From Lama glama (Eukaryota): 64,000 bases of DNA. The position numbers and the translations under genes are program-made. The notes under the pieces are model-generated. The model was given only the letters and a program-made list of their open reading frames with translations. It was not told the DNA's origin and searched no databases. Positions 50,230-62,165 of this stretch are shown one piece after another (within the stretch, counting starts at the first letter, position 1; every line of letters starts with the position of its first letter). The stretch lies in NCBI GenBank assembly GCA_028534125.1, contig CM052816.1, positions 13,022,001 through 13,086,000 of the forward strand. Reading direction: 5' to 3'.

Positions 50230-50700
50230 ATCCATGATCATGGCATACGCATATGAAGTGAAAAGTAAAAATCTCCTTCTATCTTCAGTCCTAAATAGGT
50301 ATACCCTTAATAGTACCTTAGAGATCTCATAAGAAATTGTTTATAAATATGCTGGCAAGTGTATTTATACCTTGTATACATAAATGGAATCATTTTATGA
50401 ATGTCCTGCAACTTGTTTTTTTTTTCACATAACAATACACCTAGGTAATGTTCCAATGTCTGAAAATCCAGATCTATCTTCTTATTTATGAAGATTATAT
50501 GATATCTCATGGTATAGTAATATTGCAACTTATTTAATAATTCCCCAAGGATTTAGGTTTTCAATTCTCCAGTAATTTAATTAATATGGCAATATCTATT
50601 TGCAATATAAATTGTTAAGTTATAATTGCTGGAGCCCATGATCTGGGCATTTTACAGGTCAATAAGCATGATTTAATTGCCCCCCCCCCCAATGGGTTGA
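50230..50700 (-). mobile_element. L1ME-type 3' UTR
   Basis: 'tacacataaatggaatcattt...tcctgcaacttgtttttttttcacataacaata'. Confidence 0.7.
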
Positions 50701-51104
50701 ACTTTGAAGAAAGAGGCATTAAAACCTCCTGAAAGTGGGTCCAGAAAGGGTGTGGAGTAGTGAGTCAGATGAAGCATGAAATACTGGAGTTGGAAACGGA
50801 ATATGGTTTTGTGTGATAGAGGCCAAAAGATGTTTGATGACTCCTCATCTGGTATAATCAAGTTCACCAAGTTCTTAATGGATCCTGCTGAGTCACCACG
50901 ATATGGATTCACATTCACCCATATCCTGCCTGGGAGACTGAGACGTGACAGCTAAAGCGGTTGAGAATTCATGAACTCAGCAGATCCTTGGACACAGCAT
51001 TTCTCCCTGTAACCCTCTGCTCCCTTCCAAAAGTGCTTCTGAACAAGATGGGAAAATGGTGAGGATGTCTCCCCTCTCTCAAAGTTTATATGGCACTTAG
51101 TGGT

Positions 51105-51300
51105 TTAGAAAACATATTTCAGTCCTTATAGGACTCAGGAGGAGCTATGACTCTAATATCCATCCTACAGACAACGCAACAAAAGACAAAAAATATGTGG
51201 TGACTTTCCCACAGTAATAGAACCAGTAAGTTTTAGAGTCTGAATCCAAACCAAAGACTTATGGTTTCGAAACAGGCTGCCTTTAAGCTGCACCACTTCA
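51105..51300 (-). mobile_element. MIR SINE
   Basis: 'tatccatcctacagacaacgcaac...gtggtgactttcccacagt'. Confidence 0.5.
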
Positions 51301-52159
51301 CTGAAATAGCTCTTTTTGACTCCCAAAACAAACCATGTATTTGTAGCTAGATCAAGCCATTTGTTAAGCGATAATTAGCTTTTCAACTGGGTATATGAGA
51401 GTCATGGAAACACAGCTCCAGACCACCAGTAGGGACCTGATAGGGTTTGAATCTCAAAGTTTCCCTCTCAGGTTTTTGGGTCAAAACCTACCTCGTATTA
51501 GGAAAGAATGAAATTCACTTAGCTGATAATTTACTGACTGTGAACTCTTAGGAGGGAGATGAGTAGATACTTCTGACAATTAGTCAAAAAGTCATAAATT
51601 AGCAAAGCTTTCTGAGAAATTTTGACATGTTAGGAAACCCTTAGAAGTATAGAACTGGTTTTCTGCAATCACTTACTGTCATCCTACACACACACACATA
51701 CACAAGCTACCAAAGGTCATTCTTAAATTTCCTTGTGGTTTGAGTTCTGTTGCCAAATCAGCAGCAGTAAATGTTGGCACACGAGGGCACAGCACTGTGT
51801 CCGGTTGCTGTGGGTCCCTGATGGGAAACATAGTTCCCTCAAGTGTCTAGGGCTGTGCCTTGCAATCATGAGTGTTAAAAATAGATGTGTACAAGCAAGA
51901 GGAACAACCATGGGAAGTGGGTTTTTGGCATTTCCTTTGGTCACATGTACATCTGTTACCCACCAACTGATTTCTAGCATATGATTACAGATAGCTTACA
52001 GTAACCATTTCTCTACTAAATATCTAACTAATTAGAACATATGACTCTTCAGAGGTACAGACACAAAGTATGATGATGAACTGAAGAAACTATCAGGCTG
52101 ACTCAGACCCTAAAAAAAAAAAGTAGCATCGATTATAGGCATAAATATTCAAGGTATTC

Positions 52160-53700
52160 ACCTCCCTACCCTCTATTCTTCATAGTTCACATACTTTCCA
52201 CCAATGATCTCATTCAGGACCATGGAGTTAAGCACCATCACATGCTGATGTCTCCACAGCTCCAACTCTGGGGCCAGACCTCTCCACTGAGCTCAGAACT
52301 TGTGTAGCCAACTGTCCCTTGATATCTCCAAATGACTGTCTGATAAGTGCCTCTAACTTCATGTGAACAAAACAGAACATGGTTGAAGTCTTTTTTCCCA
52401 AGACCCTCTTTCTTTTCTGTTTTTCCCCCCATATGAGTAAATCAGTCAGCTGGAGTCTCAGATCTACCCTTAGGAATTATCATTGGTTCCATTTTTCCAC
52501 TCACATCCAGTTTATCCCCAGGTCGATCTATATCTTCCTCTGTCTATGGCTGCTCTTCTATCCCCGCTACCCCAAAAGGGGAAGGTAAAAGACCCCAGTT
52601 CTTGTCATACCTGAAAGATAAAAATTGAGATGGGAGACAGCGTTGTATTGCAAAAGATTTTACAGAATTTATTAGCAAAGGGAAAGTACACCTCCCAGAA
52701 TGGGAGATGAACTGATCCAAGGGAGGAAAAGCAGTGCTGGTCTTTGTTTGGTCCCCTCACTTAGAGGTGGTCTCTTGATTGATTGATGGCTCTTGTCCCT
52801 GGAGTGCTTAGTCATGTTTGTCCCCTTTGTGCATGTCTTTACACATGATGGACACAGAAAACCCCATGGCAGGGGAGGGCTAAACCGCAATGCTAATTAT
52901 TTTACAATGAACATTGGGTTATGTCTGTTTAGGTCCTTGTCACTACTGCGCAGTTGTGGCTATTGGGTTCTAATTGGTTTCTTGTTGGCACTCATTTAGA
53001 TGAAGTAAAGTCCCTTTATGCTGGAGGTGGGCATGCTACCATCTTCCAGACCATGCTCCCTCTCCCCCACCTATCTGCCCAGTGCCCTCACTAATCTAAC
53101 TATCCAACAGCCCGAGCCTTTTCCTTTTCTCTCCTGGCCTGCTAAAACATGCCTACTCTTGCTGCTGATTCCTAACAATTTGTTCACCCCTGCTAAAACC
53201 CTCTAACATCTTCCCATCACACCCAAAATCAAGTGCAGATGCCTAATGGAGATCTGTCATGCTATACAGGATCCAGCCCCTCCCCACCTGTCTGACTTAC
53301 CTCATCCTACTCCATGGAGACTCAGTGTGCTCCTGTTTTCCACTCCTCAAACATACCAAGCTTATCCCTTAGGGCCTTTGCCTCTTCCTCTTTCTGGAAT
53401 GCTCTCCACAGATCTTCATAGGGCTGGTTCCCTTTGTCATTTGGGTCTCAGTTCAACCACCACCTCCTCAGACCTCCCCTAGGCATCCAAATCTCTATTA
53501 CTCCTTCCATCCCTAAGCCACTATCATACATCACCTCGCCATCTTCTATTTTCAACAGAGTTTCCATCACTACCTGAAATTCTCTCTTCCGCTCTTTAAT
53601 TTTTGGTCTCCTCTGTTAGAAGGTAGATTCTTTGAGGATTCTTCAAGGACGTCATCTGTCTAACTCCTGACTGAATTGCCAAAGCCTGGTCCACGTTGAA
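52160..53700 (+). mobile_element. Fragmented L2 (about 52160-52540 and 53170-53700)
   Basis: 'ccagacctctccactgagctcagacttgt...ccaactgtcccttgatatctcca'-like block and 'cagggcctttgc...tctggaatgctctcc'-like block. Confidence 0.75.
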
Positions 53701-53800
53701 TGAACCCTTGCCTGACTATAAATAAAGGCAGTGTCCGTGTGGGACCGTTAACCCAGACAGAGTAAGGACGCATTACTCCAAAGGAGTCTCTGCCTCATGT

Positions 53801-53832
53801 GGGAATTTCTTCTGGAGGGGAAAAGTGAAAGC
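53801..53832 (+). promoter_or_regulatory. Adjacent kB-like and IRF elements
   Basis: GGGAATTTCT 53801-53810 and GAAAAGTGAAAGC 53820-53832 (IRF-E consensus). Confidence 0.4.
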
Positions 53833-53954
53833 TCCAGCCAGGGCTCCCTGATAAGTTGGGGCAATTTTATCACAAACGGAATCTAACGTGGTGCTCCATG
53901 TTCCCAGACACGGAAAGAACCAGAAAGCTCATGTCAGGTTCCTGTTTCTGTTTA

Positions 53955-54750
53955 CTGTTCAAATATTTATTGAAAACCTACTATAATAGAGAGACTGGGG
54001 TCATAAGAAGTCCATGGTGAGTGAGACAGAAATAGTCTCTAATTTCATGGAACTTGTGTCTGCTGGGGGAGACATGGTTAACGAGTAACTATACAAATAC
54101 AAGTTCAGTTATTTTGTGAGGGGAGCTAGCGGGAAAGCACAGGAGGCTAGGACAGGGAGACCTGGGTACCCTGGAGGTTCAGAAAAGGACATTCTGTGAA
54201 GCCATCACACTGGGCTGGCACTGGGGCAAACTGACAGAAAGAACCACCACCACCAGGCCAGTCCTGCCTCTTTTCCCTTCTCCTTCCCTCCATTGTCATT
54301 CCCTTTACTAGAAAGGAGGGCATTTTCTCTACACAAGCAGCACCACACTGGATGACCCTACTGCCTCTAATAGTTGGTCTTGTAGGACCAGCCCGGGGCA
54401 GCACGGCGAAGAGCAGAGGACCACCTGAGCTGGCTTACCTGTGATGTGCTCACCCTTGGTCCTTCCATATCGTCACTAAGACAGTATGACTACTGGCACC
54501 AGTCCTTCATCCTCCTCCTCACTGGCTGGCACTTGCTGAGCGCGTGTGTATGAGCAAGCACCCTGAGCACTTCCTCTCCTGGTCTCCTGCCATCTTCACC
54601 ACTACTGCGGTAGCTTCAGCCATTCATTCCATCCACAGATGAGAAGACTGAAAGAGAATTCAAGTAACTTGCCCAAGGTCAAAGTAGAAACTGACAAACC
54701 CAGAATTAAAGCCCAGGTCTGTGAATCCCCCTCTCCGGCTAACCACACTC
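53955..54750 (-). mobile_element. L2 (about 53955-54190) and MIR (about 54525-54750)
   Basis: 'caaatatttattgaaaacctacta' and 'acagatgagaagactgaaa...caagtaacttgcccaaggtca'. Confidence 0.7.
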
Positions 54751-55949
54751 TGCCACTTCTCAGTGGTGGAAATCAACAACTGGAAACTTCTCTAGAGCAA
54801 TCCAGCTTGCCCAAGAATTAGCACGTCTCAGGTCCTACAGTCCTTGAGATAGTTTGGGATGGAAGGAGAAACCTATTCAAGGCGTTGTGTTACTTGATTT
54901 TACCGGATGTGCACCCACCCTCCAGGGTAATCTGTTTACTAGTTACACTGTATACTTGGAAAACACAGTGTACTTTGAAGATAAGACCTCATTCGTTCTC
55001 AGAAAATTTATTTGAGTCAGAAACCATTGTGATCATTTTGCAGATAAGGCAACTGAGGCAGAGAACTGATAAACCAATATGGCCCAGAGCCCACGAGCTG
55101 CATCACAAACGGATGACACACCACAGGTCCCATCTCTTGTGCTTCAGGCTGGTCATCTGCGAACTTCAGCTTCCTCGCCCACAGCCTGAGCAAACTAGGC
55201 AAAAGCTTCTCTGGGAACTGGCCTCCTCCCCAAAGCCACATTACCCCGTGTTGGGTCAGGTGGTCGCCAGCAATGGGCTTTTTTTTTTGAGTGCCAGCTT
55301 GTCAATGTTTTCGTGGGGAACCACCCTCCCTTGGGCACCCACGTGCAGGTCCCCAGGCAGAGGAGGACAGGATGTGTGGATGGACACACACCCCTGCCTC
55401 CCAATTGGAAGGAGTCAGTTCCCAAAGGAAAATAGAATTGTTATTAATCAACTTCGGTGCTGCGTCCACCTCAAGGGACTTGAGAACTTAAGGTTCCTAC
55501 AAATCTGGATGGAAGGAGTCCCAGGCCTAGGTTCGGCCAGAAGAGAGAGCCCTTGAAACAGGAAGGTAGGAAGGGCATTGCAGGGAATGAAGGATCAACA
55601 CGGGGTTCCAGGTGAGAGTTGGAGGAGGAAAAGCTGACTGCCTGCCTCTTCTTCCAAATTTTCTTCTAATCCTCTGCTCCTTTGCTCCCAAGTCTGCGGC
55701 AGGCGGCTCTGTTCTTCCACTGAAAAAGGAAGACTTGTGGTTGTTTTTATTTTTAATTTCCAAACAACATTTATTTAAAAAAAAAAAGATCCCTATTGTT
55801 TCCTCCTCCATAAGGACTGAAGAAAAAAAAATCTGGACTAATTTAAGGCTATTTAGAAGAGAGGAAGGAAAGATATGAAACAAATGTGACACCAAGCCAA
55901 GAAGGAACTAGGGAGATTCTGGAAGAAAACAGCTCTGACCGGAAGTTGC

Positions 55950-56190
55950 AAAGGTGGCTCATGGGTGGATTCCAGCCCTCTGCCATGTTTTCTTCAGCCA
56001 AGACAATGGGGTCTTTTAAGTTGAATCAATTGCCAACATTTGAAAAATGGAGTATTTTATCTAAAGTGATTTTACATGGAGGCATTGGGCTAGAATCGAG
56101 GAGCAGCTGTTCCCTCTGGACACTGCATAAGTCCCCTGTCCTCCACGGCCCTGGAAGCCCACCCTGCGTTAGCACTGCCTGCCGGCCCCC
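55950..56190. mobile_element. hAT-Charlie-type MITE remnant
   Basis: 'ttgaatcaattgccaacatttgaaaaatggagtattttatctaaa'; family uncertain. Confidence 0.45.
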
Positions 56191-57519
56191 ATGGCCATCT
56201 ATGTGATTTGCAGTCTTTGCTCAGGGTTGTTCAGCCGCAGCGGTGGCCGCCGGGAGCCAAGGCAGACCTCTGCCTGGGATTCCCCGCTCACCCCAGGGAA
56301 TTCTTAGTGGCTCCTCAGAACATCGCCAGAACCCGCGCTGTTTGTTTACCTCGTCACATGTCATCGACCCTCACTTTGAGGGAGAGAACCTGAATCAATA
56401 CCCAGGCTGGCTGGAGAAAAGACGATCCGTTGAAGATGGGGTTCACATTTCACTTACGCTTCTCCTGCCGGAACCAGGAGTTTAATGGGCGTGGCCCTGA
56501 GGAAGGCGAGCCAGGGAGGCTGGGAGGGAATGCGATGAAGAAGTGCACGCTGCTGAGCATCTGCCAGGCAGGGGACCCAGCCGGCGCCCAGAAACTCTCA
56601 AAGCCTGGATGGGATAAGGTGCTGGTTAGAAGACTGAGCCCCACAAAGGAACCAGGGAGTCACACAGAAAAACAGTATGTGTCTGAAACGTTTGCCTGCA
56701 GTCAAGTGAGAGGTTAGCAGTTCTATTTATTAGGGCACTGAAGCAGTTTAAGATCATTCATAGGTAAATTTTAGGTCACAGAATTGATTTTACTTTTATT
56801 CATTAAATTAGTTCTCCCTTCATCCATGTACCCATTCAGCAAATATATATGAAAAACCTACTGTGTGTCAGGCCCTGTCCTAGGCTTTGGAAAGGCTGAG
56901 CCTTGTGAGATGAGCAGACGTTTAGTTACATTTGTTGTCGTTTTCACTTGTTTGAATTTATTTGTCTATATTGTGGCCTATGTTTTCTTTAAATCTCAAT
57001 TAAAAATCCTATAATAGTAACTCAGGGTTGAGTCAGAGTAACCCTTGACACAGAGAACAGACTGGCAGCATGGAAGCAACAGCCCCCCAGTCAGCAGAAA
57101 GCTTTTTAGCACCACCCCATATATGCACATGTGTTTGCTCATAAATCACACATATGTGTGTGCACATACATATGTATATATTTATGTGTGTGTATTTTGT
57201 ACATTATAAAATGTACAAAGAAATGGATAATTTTGAAAGAATGAGATTTTTAAAGTTTTTAATTTATTTACTATTTTTAGAATTAGAAGACCTAATATTT
57301 CCCTGCCACCCTGCACTGGACTGTCTCCTACACTTTCTAGAGCATGTCACCCCATGGTGGAGACCACTGGATTTGGCCACTGTCTCCTACAGTTACAGTG
57401 GGCTCAGTGGTTAGGAATATCAGATGTTCTCATCAACAGGACTTTGGATGTTCTTCGCTGATCCAGTCAAGCGACGGTGAGCTCAGGCTCAGGACCTCCC
57501 CAAAGCCGCTATGACCTCC

Positions 57520-58100
57520 AGTGGTCCTCTAGCCCATTTCATTCACAGAGCACGAGAGGATCCTTCCAAAAAGTGAACCTGCCTACGGAACTCCACTGCT
57601 TGCAGCCCTTTAGAGGCAGTCCTTGCGTGTGACCATAAAGCAGAGAACCCCGAACCAGCCTGCCCCGCCAGCCACACCTCCTCACCTGTTCCGTTGCCTC
57701 TCTCCGCCAGGGCTTCCTTCCAGGCTCTGCAGGGGCTGGATGGGCTCCTCTGCCCCAGGCTCCCCACACAGTTCTTCCCTGTGCCCCGAAGCCCATCACC
57801 CCTTCTTCACCTCGGATGTCACTTCCTCAGTGACCCTTCCTTGACCCTCCCATTCTAAATCTAGTCATCTGTTAATACCCTCTCATCGTATGTTAAATTT
57901 TTTTCCTTTATAGCACTTAGAATAATTTGGGATTACCAATATATTTGTGTGCTTTCTGTTGAACATCAATCTCCCCGGTAGACTCGGAGCTCTACAAAGA
58001 GGATGCTTGGGGCATTTGTACCTGCCGTGTGGCGTGGGCAAGTGGAGGGCACTTAGCATATACTCAGAAAAGTTTTATTAGAAGAAAGAAAAGAAATGAA
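57520..58100 (+). mobile_element. L2 3' region
   Basis: 'atgtcacttcctcagtgacccttccttgaccc...ctttatagcacttag...tagactcggagctcta'. Confidence 0.75.
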
Positions 58101-58576
58101 ACAAGGACAGAATCAATTCCTTTTTAAATATGTAGGCACCAACATATATATTTTCAGAGAACTGAGAAGAAAAGAAAAACTTCCTAGGAAATAGAATCTG
58201 GCAAAAATGTTGGTGAGATTCCCTGAGGATACCTGCCAGTGAGATACACTACTGAGTATCTCTATAATTACAGGGAAAAAAAAAAGGCAAAAAATATCAG
58301 TTAAGCGAGGCCAGCCATCCTTTTTTAAATGTACTCAAAAAAAGGAATTCAAATGTTCTTATGTTCTTGGCTCATGATAAGCTTGCAAAAAAAAATTTGT
58401 TGAAAGGCTTGAATGAATGAGCAAATGATTGAACAAGGTGTAAGAGGCCAGAGAACAACATATACTAAAATAATAAAAATAATGTTCAATTATGATAAAC
58501 TAGCTTGACAAAAATGGTAGGGAAATAGAAGTGATACCATAAAATAGTAGCACCTTAGGAATAGAATAGGAGGTGA

Positions 58577-58606
58577 TATATAGATATAGATATAGATATA
58601 GATATA
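58577..58606. repeat. (TAGATA)n microsatellite
   Basis: Run of TAGATA units. Confidence 0.85.
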
Positions 58607-58609
58607 TAA

Positions 58610-58825
58610 TGGTTAATTATTGCCAGGCACCACTTCAGAAATTATGCACATATTAACTTGTTTAATTCTCAGAGCCATCCTTATTAAGATCAGTTCTGTT
58701 TTTGTCCCCATTTTATCAACAGGGAATCTGAGGCACAGTGCATTTATAACATGCCCACTGTCTTGCAGATGGCAAGTGACAGCCCAGGGCGCCCGGTTCC
58801 AATCTCTGAGGTCTTAACCCCTGCA
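58610..58825 (-). mobile_element. MIR SINE
   Basis: 'tgccaggcac...tccccattttatcaacagggaatctgaggcacag'-like core. Confidence 0.8.
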
Positions 58826-58970
58826 GTGATCATGCCACTTTTAATTTAATGAAAATGTGTACACATCCTGTGACATTTGTTATTTCAAAGGGCAAATTCA
58901 TCCTTACTCAGGGTGCATGAGAAGCTTTCTTCCTTCTTCCAAATTTTTATTTTTATGATATTAAAGAAAG

Positions 58971-60084
58971 GGCCATGTTCCTGGATTGGAAGAATTAATA
59001 TTGTTAAAATGGCCATACTACCCAAAGCAATCTACAGATTTAATGCCATCCCTATCAAATTGCCCAGGACATTTTTCACAGAGCTAGAACAAATTATCCT
59101 AAAATTTATATGGAATCACAAAAGACCCAGAATTGCCAAAGCAACACTGAAGAAAAAGAATGAAGCTGGAGGAATAACCCTCCCAGACTTCAGACAACAC
59201 TACAGAGCTACAGTCATCAAAACAGCATACTGTTGGCATAAAAACAGCCATATGGATCAGTGGAACAGAATAGAGAGCCCAGAAATAAACCCACAGACTT
59301 TTGGTCAATTAATCTTTGGCAAAGGAGGCAAGAACACACAATGGAGTAAAGACAGTCTCTTCAGCAAATGGTGTTGGGAAAATTGGACAGCAACATGTAA
59401 ATCAATGAAGCTAGCACACTCCCTCACACCATACACCAAAATTAACTCAAAATGACTTAAAGACTTAAACATAAGACAAGACACTATACACCTCTTAGAA
59501 GAAAACATAGACAAAATATTCTCTGACATAAATCTTAGCAATGTTCTCCTAGGGCAGTCTACCCAGGCAATAGGAATAAAAGCAAAAATAAACAAATAGG
59601 ACCTAATTAAACTTATAAGCTTTTGCACAGCAAAGGAAACCATAAGCAAAACAAAAAGGCAACCTACAGAATGGGAGAAAATATTTGCAAAAGATGAAGC
59701 CAACAAGGGCTTAATTTCCAGAATAGATAAACAGCTCATATAACTTAATAATAAAAATACAAACAACCCATTCTACAAATAGGCAGAAGACCTAAACAAG
59801 CAATTCTTCAGTGAAGACATACACATGGCCAGTAAGCACATGAAAAAAATGCTCAATGTCGCTAACTATCAGAGAAATGCAAATCAAATCTACAATGAGG
59901 TATCACCTCACACCAGTCAGAATGGCCATCATTCAAATGTCCACAAATGATAAATGCTGGAGAGGGTGTCGAGGAAAGGGAGCCCTCCTACACTGCTGGT
60001 GGGAATGTAATTTGGTGCAGCCACTATGGAAAACAGTACGGAGATTCCTCAAAAGACTAAAAACAGACTTAACGTATGATCCAT
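58971..60084 (+). mobile_element. Relatively young L1 ORF2 internal fragment (post-RT region to CCHC knuckle), inactivated
   Basis: [29 protein letters not shown]... to [18 protein letters not shown]...YDP. In-frame stops at 59453, 59597, 59741 and 59780; frameshift in the A run near 59845; no 3' UTR or poly(A). Confidence 0.97.
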
Positions 60085-60479
60085 AGTCATACCGACCCGT
60101 ATTATTTCAGTTGCGTTGTGGCAAGACAATATATTGCCTTCAGTTTTATTTTGCTTTTGCCAGATACCTAGAATCAGAAGATTAGTTGGAGGTTCCTGTT
60201 TTCTGTATTCAATAGACAGTCATAATGGAGAGAAACTTCCTGGGAGTGCGACCCTTCCTGCCAGTGTGGTGTCCCAGCAGGCTCTCAGGCCTGTCACCGA
60301 TGGGAAGATGGGGAAGTGCCCACCGCGGGGACTCACAAGGAGGTCAGGTGGGAAAGCGGAGGGAGTTGGTCACCTGGCCCGAACAAAGGAAGAGAAATAT
60401 TCCCACCTCTCATGAGTCTTCACAGAAAGGCTCTCCAGCGAGCTCTGGGGACCTCCTGAACTTTGCAACTTGGATTCAG

Positions 60480-61320
60480 TCCACACGTGAACTTTGGAGA
60501 GGCCCTGCTGACGCAACGCTCTCATCAGCACCGCCGCTTTGCCTCGCTCTCATCTCAGTTACGAGGCAAAGGCAAGTTCTCATAACCGCTCTCTGTGACT
60601 GCCGTGCTCACAAAGTTGTTTCCATGGGAATTAGGAAGATTTCGGAATCAAAGGGCACGCAGGCATTGCAATCAAGGAACAGACTTTATGTCCCCAAAGA
60701 CTGTGCCCACGTGGTAAGTGTCCTACCTAGCTGCTAACCCTGTTTCAGTTCTTTCACGGTATGTTTGGTAGTGCGCAGCGTCATCGTCTGCTCAGTGAGT
60801 CATAGGACTAGACCTCCGTCTATAATCGGTCATTGCATTAGTCATATGAGTGGCCAGAAAGATCATTCTTTAGTATTACAGAAAACACACGCGTGTGTGC
60901 CCACACACACACAGCTGTCAGATTGCGCTTCAAGAATCACTTACGTTCCTGATGAAGCGACTGCCAGTTCTAAACCAGTCATCCCAAGCTCCCCACATGG
61001 ATAGATGCCCCCTTCCCAGCTGGGCCCCTGCCATCTCTGTCTCAGAGAAAGGGGCCAGGATCCCACACAAAGCAGAGTTTTGCCCTGGGAACTACAGTCT
61101 GTCTTCCCAAGGTTCTTTCCCCTTTAAGCAAATCCTCCCCACAAAAGAAATAGGTTTACTTGTATTTTCAGTTACGTTGACTATTTGTCCACATTTCCTG
61201 CTGATGAGTCATTTATGCAGTTTACTGAAAACAAAACAAAACAAAACAAAACAATAAATTGAGAACCGAAGCACTGCAAAATCAAGGATCAAAGACGCAA
61301 AACTGACGCAAGCCCCAAAC
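60480..61320. promoter_or_regulatory. Candidate bZIP/E-box enhancer
   Basis: TGACGCAA at 60509 and 61304; AP-1 at 60796 and 61205 and TTAGTCA at 60838; CACGTG at 60484 and 60708; retained CpGs. Confidence 0.35.
61228..61253. repeat. (AAAAC)n microsatellite
   Basis: About five AAAAC units. Confidence 0.85.
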
Positions 61321-61979
61321 AGGTTTGGGTTCAGAATTTAATCAGCAAACACATCAGTTAGCACACCAGGTCCGGTACTGCCAGGGAGCCTAAGTTTCCA
61401 GATTTTTTTCCCTGGGGTCAGCTCAGCCCGCCCGCCTGGAGCACCGCTCCTGGTTTTGCTCACCTGATTCTTGTAAACAAAGCACACACTGGTGTTTGGT
61501 CAAGGAACTAACCCCATCTGCCTGGATTCCATGGGAGCGGAGATCTTGGGCTGGTCCCGGGTGATGTCTGTGTGGAAGGTATATGCATTTGTCTCTGTAA
61601 TTTAGAGGCTCGAGTTGCAGGAAGACCACAGGAAAATGGCCCCGTATTTACAACGTAGTAAGGCAGAGAGGGCACCCGTCCGGAGCACAGATTGCTGGCT
61701 GTGCGTCTAGGGGAGCTGACTAGAGATCCCTTCCTCCAGCCTAAGTAGCTGGGTCTGCATTCCACACACAGGCTCATTTGTCCTTTTCTACTCCGGGACT
61801 CATTTGGTTGCAAAACTAGAGGATGAGTGTTATTTCATCTCTTCCTCTAGACACATTGTATCCAACATTTTAAAAGACCAATCAGAGAGGCAGAAATTCA
61901 TGTACACACCACAGCTTCACTAAAATATTTGGTGATGGAAAACATCACCAGGGCGCTGGAAAGTGGATACAAATTACAT

Positions 61980-62165
61980 GTGTTTGCTGAGTATGTATTA
62001 TGCACCACCTGCATTGCCTGTGTTAATCCTCAAAACAATCCTATGAAAGGTTTCTATTATTTTTTTTCTTTTTGAAGATGAAGCAGCTTGAGATGTGACT
62101 CTGCCAATATCTATGGCAATTAGAGTGGTCCATTTTGACTTCAAGTTCTTAGCCACTCCTGTGCT
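61980..62165 (-). mobile_element. MIR SINE
   Basis: 'ttgctgagtatgtattatgc...ttaatcctcaaaacaatcctatgaaagg'. Confidence 0.65.

Noticed and set aside
54885..55556. Longest ORF (223 aa)
   Set aside because: It starts at TTG, runs through a MIR fragment and has no recognisable domain.
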